NCBI GenBank assembly: GCA_041690135.1
Contig: JAWLHY010000010.1
Location: 160,001-224,000, forward strand
Origin: Armatimonadota bacterium
GTDB taxonomy: Bacteria > Armatimonadota > SYMT01
DNA: 64,000 nucleotides
Direction: 5' to 3'
The notes beneath the pieces were generated by a model. It did not search any database, was not told the DNA's origin, and worked only from the letters and a program-made list of their open reading frames with translations. Made by a program: the position numbers and the translations under genes. Positions 58,187 to 64,000 of the stretch are shown one piece after another (the stretch's first letter is position 1; the number at the start of each line of letters is the position of its first letter).

Positions 58187-58222
58187 CACGGAGACACGAA
58201 GGCACGGAGAAGATCACGGAGA
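58187..58222. repeat. 8-bp-period repeat (CACGGAGA)
   Basis: CACGGAGA CACGAAGG CACGGAGA AGAT CACGGAGA. Confidence 0.6.
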
Positions 58223-58562
58223 GAGAAACTGCAAGTATTTCCCGTCACCTGGTGATGCAGTGCGTGGATACGGATAAGCCACTGCTTCCTCGCCCATCGA
58301 TGTAGGGCGGGAGGCTCCGTCACCGCCAGGCAATGGTATTGTATCCGTCTTGCCGTGTGGGATGCCGCTCGCGCAAAGGGAGTGCAAGCCTGCAATGTGA
58401 ACGCCCCGCCCGTACCAGGTGGGACAGGAACCGTCAGGCTCTTCAGATAGTCGAAAGTGACGTATCCCGGCGCGAGGAGTTGGGTTACTGCACGAAATGG
58501 ATGCGAGCTCGAAGGGCTCTGCAAAGCAATCAGTGGCCCCTGAGGCCGGAGAGTGAAGGATT

Positions 58563-58862
58563 ATGGAATTCAGTAAGCTGTGGCTCGGCGGGGCGGGAGT
58601 GCTCGTGGGCGCCATTAGCGGCGCTTACATCAATGCGCAGCGTGCTGCGGCCGCCGCGAACAAGGCCGCGCAGGCCATGGGAGGCGAGGACGCCCTCATC
58701 GATGCGGCCCGCTCCGTGGGGACCAACTCCCTCGCCGCCGCCCTGAACGGCGCGATGACGGGCGCGATCATCGGCGCGGTCCTGGTCGCCGTCTACTTCT
58801 ACTTCACCAACCCCGACCGGGAGATGAAGGTCCGCAAGTACCAGACCGGCGACGATTTCTAG
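58563..58862 (+). CDS. Small Ala/Gly-rich 2-TM protein
   Basis: AAGGA RBS, two TM helices with glycine-zipper-like pattern, strong GC3 bias. Confidence 0.75.
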   Translation: MEFSKLWLGGAGVLVGAISGAYINAQRAAAAANKAAQAMGGEDALIDAARSVGTNSLAAALNGAMTGAIIGAVLVAVYFYFTNPDREMKVRKYQTGDDF

Positions 58863-58887
58863 CTCGTGCCGGAAAAGGACAATTGAC

Positions 58888-58920
58888 CGCAGAGACGCAG
58901 AGACGCAGAGGACGCGGAGA
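58888..58920. repeat. 8-bp-period repeat (CGCAGAGA)
   Basis: CGCAGAGA CGCAGAGA CGCAGAGG A CGCGGAGA. Confidence 0.65.
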
Positions 58921-58946
58921 GGATCGCGAAGGGAGAACAGACGGAA

Positions 58947-59318
58947 TTGTTCACCGCACTTTTCGCTTGCTTCGTGCTTCTTCTAGGTGCTTCGCCGGCC
59001 TGTGCGGAAGCGATGGATAAGATGCCCGTGGGACTGGATCTGTGGGCGCCCAGCCTGGCCTGGGGATTGGTCTGTTTGGTCGCCGGACGCATCCAGCCCT
59101 GGTTGGGTCTGCTGTTCCTGGCCCTCAGCCTCTCCGGGTCGTCCTGGGGGGTACTGGCGGATCTGCAGAGTGCCTCCATCGGACCGGCCCTTCGCCAGGA
59201 GGCCGGGACCGGCTTTGTCGCGCAGGCCGTAGCAGCATCGACGGTTGCGCCTGTGGCATGGGTGGTGGGCATCCGCTTCTGGCAGCGTCGCAGACGTGGT
59301 AGCACTTCCCAGGCATGA
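58947..59318 (+). CDS. Hypothetical membrane protein
   Basis: Signal-like start then three hydrophobic segments and an RRRR tail; alternative start at ATG 59013. Confidence 0.55.
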   Translation: MFTALFACFVLLLGASPACAEAMDKMPVGLDLWAPSLAWGLVCLVAGRIQPWLGLLFLALSLSGSSWGVLADLQSASIGPALRQEAGTGFVAQAVAASTVAPVAWVVGIRFWQRRRRGSTSQA

Positions 59319-59396
59319 GAGTTACCTCATGTGGGGTTGGGGTGCGCCCGGCCAGCACTCCGCCAAACGGAACGCACCCCTGAGTCTCATCCGCAA

Positions 59397-59430
59397 GTCC
59401 TAATCGTAATCCTCATCCTTATCTTAATCC
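59397..59430. repeat. Hexamer tandem repeat (ATCNTN)
   Basis: GTCCTA ATCGTA ATCCTC ATCCTT ATCTTA ATC. Confidence 0.55.
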
Positions 59431-59438
59431 GCGAAGCA

Positions 59439-60197
59439 TCAGTCTCGCTCCGCCCAGGGGGTGCCCTCTTCGGCCAGGGCCTTGGCGGCGACGGTGATGC
59501 GACCGATCACGGCCTCCAGCATCGCTTGCCCCTGTTCCGGCGTCGCCAGGCTGGGATACCCCACAATGCCGCGGCGAGTGCGTCCCTGCATGTTCGTGGG
59601 CACATAGGCCGCGCCGATGCCCGGGCTAGTGGTCATGTGGCAATCTTCCGCCAGATGCATGCGGACGAGGTCCGGGCGGACCGCCAGCATCATGGCGGTT
59701 TCGGCTTCGCAGGCATGCCCTACCGCCTTCCGCGGCCCCTTCAGGTTCTCGGCGATCTCCTTGCCGGCGATCTCCCAATAGCTGGCCGCCATGAGTTCCG
59801 CGTCCGGGAAGCGTTCGTGGAGCTTGCGCAGGGCAATATGGTAGGTGTCGATGTTGCCGCCGTGACCGTTCAGGATAAAGACCTTTTTCCAGCCGTTCGC
59901 CAGGTACTGGGCCAGTGGGTGGACCATCAATTCCACGTGCTGCTCCAGGTCGGCGGTGAGGGTTCCGAAGAACGGCAGGTGGTGCGCGGAGGCGCCCAAC
60001 CACTGCGTGGGCAGGAGGAGCACCTGCTCCGGGAGATTGCTCTCCACGCCCTCCGCCACAGCGGTACAAAGCAGCGTGTCCACGTAGAACGGCAGGTGGG
60101 GCCCGTGCTGCTCGCAGGCGGCGTAGGGCGCCAGCACCACTGTCTTCGACCGGTCGACCTCGGCCATCTCCGGCCAGGTCATTTCAGCCAGCTTCAT
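59439..60197 (-). CDS. Creatininase / amidohydrolase family protein
   Basis: EQHGPHLP..VD, GAS.HH, NGHGGN, GHACEAET, AT.EQG. Confidence 0.93.
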   Translation of the reverse strand: MKLAEMTWPEMAEVDRSKTVVLAPYAACEQHGPHLPFYVDTLLCTAVAEGVESNLPEQVLLLPTQWLGASAHHLPFFGTLTADLEQHVELMVHPLAQYLANGWKKVFILNGHGGNIDTYHIALRKLHERFPDAELMAASYWEIAGKEIAENLKGPRKAVGHACEAETAMMLAVRPDLVRMHLAEDCHMTTSPGIGAAYVPTNMQGRTRRGIVGYPSLATPEQGQAMLEAVIGRITVAAKALAEEGTPWAERD

Positions 60198-60418
60198 TCC
60201 AGAACTCCTGAAGGTAACAATTGCTTGAAGGTGAGCCGCTCCCCGCGGCGATGCCGTCCGGCGTCGGCCGCGGCGGATGGGTAACCGTTCCCGCCCGCCG
60301 CGCCTGCCTCCTTCCCTATGTGCGGAGGAAACGCCGGACATAAACGAAACGCGCGCCGACCGGTTCCCTCCCTGTCCCGGTCAGCTCCGGACCGGGGTCA
60401 GAATTTTCACGAAGGGGA

Positions 60419-60447
60419 TTGCACCCGCGCTAGGGCTGTGCTAATAT
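60419..60447 (+). promoter_or_regulatory. Sigma70-type promoter of tRNA-Glu
   Basis: TTGCAC-N17-TAATAT with extended TG. Confidence 0.65.
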
Positions 60448-60460
60448 ACGCGTGCACCGA

Positions 60461-60534
60461 GGCCCGTTCGTCTAGTGGTCCAGGACGCTTGGTTCTCAGC
60501 CAAGAGATCAGGGGTTCGAATCCCCTACGGGCTA
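60461..60534 (+). tRNA. tRNA-Glu(CTC)
   Basis: GGCCCGTTCGTCTAGTGGTCCAGGACGCTTGGTTCTCAGCCAAG...GGTTCGAATCCCCTACGGGCTA; anticodon CTC; CCA not encoded. Confidence 0.96.
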
Positions 60535-60535
60535 T

Positions 60536-60578
60536 CTAAAACGACCCTTGCGCAAAACCTGCGGAAGGGTCGTTTTGG
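60536..60578. terminator. Terminator after tRNA-Glu
   Basis: AAAACGACCCTT...AAGGGTCGTTTT. Confidence 0.75.
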
Positions 60579-60597
60579 CTTAGCGCTGATGTTGACG

Positions 60598-61611
60598 CTA
60601 CTGATTGCGGTGGGCAACCGGCTTGCGGGGTGCCGCCGCCTTTTTCGTTGCCGGGTTCTTGGGTGCCGGCCCGAGAGGCTTGGGCCTGGCAGTGGGTACT
60701 CCATTTGCTTCTCGCTCTAACCAGTCCGGGAGATCGATCTCTGCCGAGTCGCGCCAGGCGGTGAGATAGAGAGAAGCGGTGAACCGCACGGCCGCTTTTG
60801 CCCGCTCGCGGGTGAACTCCTGAATCTCCCTCGACGGCTTCTAATTCCGGCCGGCAGGAAGTTGGCTCTCCAGTTCGTAAACTCGGTCGATTTGCCTGCG
60901 AGTCGCCTGCAACTCGTCGAGAATTCCCGTGAAAAGGTCAGGATAAGGTTTCACCTGCTGCCGGACCGCCAGTTCCTGCGCTTTGAGGCCCAGCCGCTCG
61001 ACCAGGGAGTCTACCTGGGTGTGAATCCCGGATCGCGGGCTCTTGTGGTCCGCCCCTGCTCGCCCGTCGTGGTGCACGGTCGTATGTAGCGGCTGGCACA
61101 TGTCTCCTGAGTAGTGAGCAAGAATCCCGGCGTATACCAGGGACTTGCTGCGGATGTGGGGGTTCGCGGGCCACTTCCGGTGTTCGGCGAAGGCGATTGT
61201 GAGGCGTTCCGTCCACTCGGAGATGGCGTACGGGACCGTGCCGACATTCTCGGGCACGAGATCCTCCTTGAAGCAGAGCTTGAAGAAGCTGTACCGCGAC
61301 TTGGGAAGTTCCTTACCTTCCAGCAACTCAAGGTCGATGTAGTGCTCCGGCCCTTCGCAGGCACGGAGGTGCGCCGCCTTGCGGTTCTTGAATACGTCGG
61401 GGTCCACGGCGAGGTGCGCCACGGTGGCGCCGCCCGAGCGGAAGTAGGCCGGAACCTCCGCCGGTAGGGCGTGCACCGCGCCTTCTGCGATAATACCGTG
61501 CCCTACGGTGTGCCAGGCCGTCACCGGCGCGGCGATGAGCAGAGCGCAAGTAGCTGCGACAGCTGCCGCAGTGGCGTGGCGGGCGGTGTGGAGTGGTGGA
61601 CGTAGGTTCAT
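60598..61611 (-). pseudogene. S1/P1 nuclease / zinc phospholipase C-like gene interrupted by one in-frame TAG
   Basis: Signal peptide then WHTVGH, DPD, HYIDLE, HYSGDMCQPLH, HTQVD. TAG at 60843-60841 is followed in frame by KPSREIQEFTRERAKAAVRFTASLYLTAW. Confidence 0.8.
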
Positions 61612-61949
61612 TCCGAAACTCGCGGTTTCACATGGGAACGACAGGGTCCAGGGAGTCGGGGCGGCGATGCTACGTAGGGAGGGGTAGTCGCCCCGCGCTA
61701 TCGACCTCCCAGTTTACCGAGTGCCGTCACGGCACGGCCTTAATCCACGACTAAGATTCTCAATGCCTGCTGCGGAACCTCGAAAGCCTCGGCTGGCGGA
61801 ATGTAATTGGTAGGCCCGCGGGTCCGCTGACCGGAGCACCGCCTCAGCAATTACTCTGTGACCTACACGTCGGCCCTTACCGGACGCCCCGTGTAGATCC
61901 GGCTAGAATCGATGGGTCTTACAGATAGCAGACGAACAGGAACATTCCC

Positions 61950-62678
61950 ATGAACGCCCGTGCGCTCTTTTCGGTCCTCCTGGGCGGCAGCCTGGTGGCC
62001 GCGGCGTCGGCTCAGGCCACTACCGCCGCCCGGAAGCGCCCGGCTAAGAAAACGGAAAAGCCGGCGGCCAAGAAGCCGCCGATCCAGCCGATGGCGTTCA
62101 ATCCCGGTGAACTCGATCTGCTGCCCGGCGAAAGCTATCCCGTGGAGCTCTACGTTCCCAGCCCTACCGGGCGCGAGTTCCAGGGAGAGCTCACCTTTGC
62201 ACCGGCAAAGGGGCTCACCGTCAAACCGGATTCCCGCTGGAACGGGAAGGTCTCGCGGTATGGCGCCAAGACCTATCCCAGCATCTTCGCGGCCCGCGAC
62301 ATCGAAGTGGGCACGTTTTCCGTGGACGCGACTTTCGCGGAGGAACACAAATCCGCATTGAAGGTCCGCATTTTGCGTCCGGAAATGGAGATCGTTCCGG
62401 GGCAGATGCGCCTGACGATCAAGATGACGAACCCGTTCCGGACGCGCCTGCTCAACGGCCGGATCATTGCCTCGAATCCCGATCGCTTCCTGCAGGACAT
62501 TACGGCCCAGGAGTTCAAGGTCACGCCCGGCAACTCCCAGGAGGTCGTTTTCCCGCTGCCGGGGGCCGCACCCGCGGATGGCGAGAAGTACGACTTCACG
62601 CTCACGGTGGAGACTTACCAGGGCTTCCGTGAAACGAAGACCCACGCGCTGGAATTCCCACCGACGCCGGAGAAGTAG
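61950..62678 (+). CDS. Exported protein with two Ig-like beta-sandwich domains
   Basis: Signal peptide, Lys/Pro linker, LLPGESYPVEL and VTPGNSQEVVF motifs. Confidence 0.75.
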   Translation: MNARALFSVLLGGSLVAAASAQATTAARKRPAKKTEKPAAKKPPIQPMAFNPGELDLLPGESYPVELYVPSPTGREFQGELTFAPAKGLTVKPDSRWNGKVSRYGAKTYPSIFAARDIEVGTFSVDATFAEEHKSALKVRILRPEMEIVPGQMRLTIKMTNPFRTRLLNGRIIASNPDRFLQDITAQEFKVTPGNSQEVVFPLPGAAPADGEKYDFTLTVETYQGFRETKTHALEFPPTPEK

Positions 62679-62725
62679 AAAGGGAGAGCGGGCATCGCAA
62701 TACGCGGATGCCCGCTCTCCCTTTT
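62679..62725. terminator. Bidirectional terminator
   Basis: AAAGGGAGAGCGGGCATC-loop-GATGCCCGCTCTCCCTTTT. Confidence 0.8.
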
Positions 62726-62869
62726 CCTCGCCTCTCGGGTCCTGTTCTGTACCGCATCAACCCCGGAGGGGTTTCCCCCGCAGTAGCCGCGGAATTTCAT
62801 TCCGTGGCGGCACGTGGTGTCGCGCATCCCCCTGGGCACCGAAACTGCTCGGTGCGTATTACGCGCCGG

Positions 62870-63895
62870 TTACCGGACTTCCCACACGCGAAGGCCCGAG
62901 TTGTCGATCTTCGAAGGGAGAACGACCATCCCCAGGTCCTCGACCGCGCGCCGCACCAGGTGGTCCCGGTTGCGCTGGGCGAGAATGGTAACCGTTCCCC
63001 CGCCGCCGGCGCCATTTGCCTTGAAACCCATCGCGCCCGCGGCCATGGTGCGAGCGTGGAGCTCCTCGATCTCCGGCGTGGTGATCTCCGGGTGCAGGGC
63101 CTTTTGCGCGTCCCAGTTCGTGTTCATCGCCTGCGCGAACAGTTCCAGGTCGCCGGTGAGAAGTGCTTCCTTGCCGCGGGAGCCGCATTCCGCCAGGATT
63201 TCGAACTGGCGCCGGTTGTGGCCCGCTTCGTATTCGCCGATCACCTTTTCGTGCATGGCGCTGGAGAAGTGCGAGCGACCCGTGTAAACCAACACGAGCC
63301 GGTCTTCCAGTTCGCAACGCGTGGCGGTGCTAAGCGGGACAGGGAATACGCGAGCGTGCGGATAGTTGACTTCCATGAAGTTAACGCCGCCATAGGCAGA
63401 GGCCAACTGGTCCTGGACACCGCACTCCAGCCCCAGTTCATCCGTCTCCAAAGCCTGTGATTCGCGGGCGACTTCGTAAGGAAGCAGGTGGTCCTGAAGG
63501 TAGTGGGAGAGCGCCGCGACCGTTGCCACGCCCAGGGCCGCCGAAGACCCCAGGCCGCTGCCGGGAGGTGCGTCGGAACGCACGAGGATTCGCACGCCCC
63601 GCTTGATACCGGAGCGCTTGATGGCGGCTTTGAACAGGTCGAGCACACTGTTGTACTCGATCTGGCGGATATCCCGGATCTGCGCCTGTTCGTCGGTATC
63701 GTAACTCTCGATGGTGATCCCCGAAAACGCACCTACTTCGAGCGTGACGTGCGTGTAGAGGGTTGCGGCGAAATTCAAGACCGTTCCACTAGGAACGATC
63801 CGTGTGTCCGTCCAGCCGCCCAGGTCGCAAAAGCGGACAGGCGCGCGAGCTCGGATCGTCTGCAATTCTGTGTCTCCGTCTGAGAGCGTCGACAT
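62870..63895 (-). CDS. GHMP-family sugar kinase (HddA-like)
   Basis: RAPVR..DLGGWTD, PPGSGLGSSAA, GVQDQLASAYGG, KANGAGGGG. Confidence 0.9.
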   Translation of the reverse strand: MSTLSDGDTELQTIRARAPVRFCDLGGWTDTRIVPSGTVLNFAATLYTHVTLEVGAFSGITIESYDTDEQAQIRDIRQIEYNSVLDLFKAAIKRSGIKRGVRILVRSDAPPGSGLGSSAALGVATVAALSHYLQDHLLPYEVARESQALETDELGLECGVQDQLASAYGGVNFMEVNYPHARVFPVPLSTATRCELEDRLVLVYTGRSHFSSAMHEKVIGEYEAGHNRRQFEILAECGSRGKEALLTGDLELFAQAMNTNWDAQKALHPEITTPEIEELHARTMAAGAMGFKANGAGGGGTVTILAQRNRDHLVRRAVEDLGMVVLPSKIDNSGLRVWEVR

Positions 63896-64000
63896 GGGAA
63901 AGATTGCCTGCTCGTTCAGTAAAAGCCCAACGTAGTTTCGTGTTGGAGCCCAGGCTCTTCCTCCGAAAACCCCATTGGGGGAACGCTTAACGCGTACATC

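Noticed and set aside
59439-60197. Creatininase as a mycofactocin/RiPP peptidase (MftE)
   Set aside because: No precursor peptide, RRE or SPASM radical SAM gene nearby.
60841-60843. Genome-wide TAG recoding
   Set aside because: Conserved genes such as rplU, rsfS and secDF end at TAG in the expected position.

Overview
GC-rich bacterial chromosomal window with about 55 CDS and two tRNAs (Ser-GCT, Glu-CTC). It has no CRISPR array, rRNA, transposase or integrase. The left 14 kb is accessory-like: a WGR/DUF4132-type giant ORF running off the left edge (missed by the ORF track), a PAS/GAF kinase plus hybrid kinase pair, and a DUF2490 / ArsR-SulP-exported beta carbonic anhydrase cluster. The centre is housekeeping: secDF, recJ, sigH, and a long minus-strand run of radical SAM pair, rne/rng, rplU, rpmA, obgE, proB, orf, proA-like, nadD, rsfS. 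The right part holds glycan genes, a 9-repeat calcium-blade protein, a thrC-like / sulfur carrier / NIL cluster facing a trans-sulfuration enzyme, and an S1/P1 nuclease split by one in-frame TAG. SigH and Terrabacteria-like gene order alongside outer-membrane/LolA-like proteins suggest a diderm Terrabacterium such as Armatimonadota (inference only). Best candidate for an undescribed system: the ProA homologue has lost its catalytic Cys and several NADP-binding motifs while keeping an intact frame and C-terminal signature, and is translationally coupled to an uncharacterised acidic protein inserted between proB and proA. All family assignments are by motif recognition; no searches were run.
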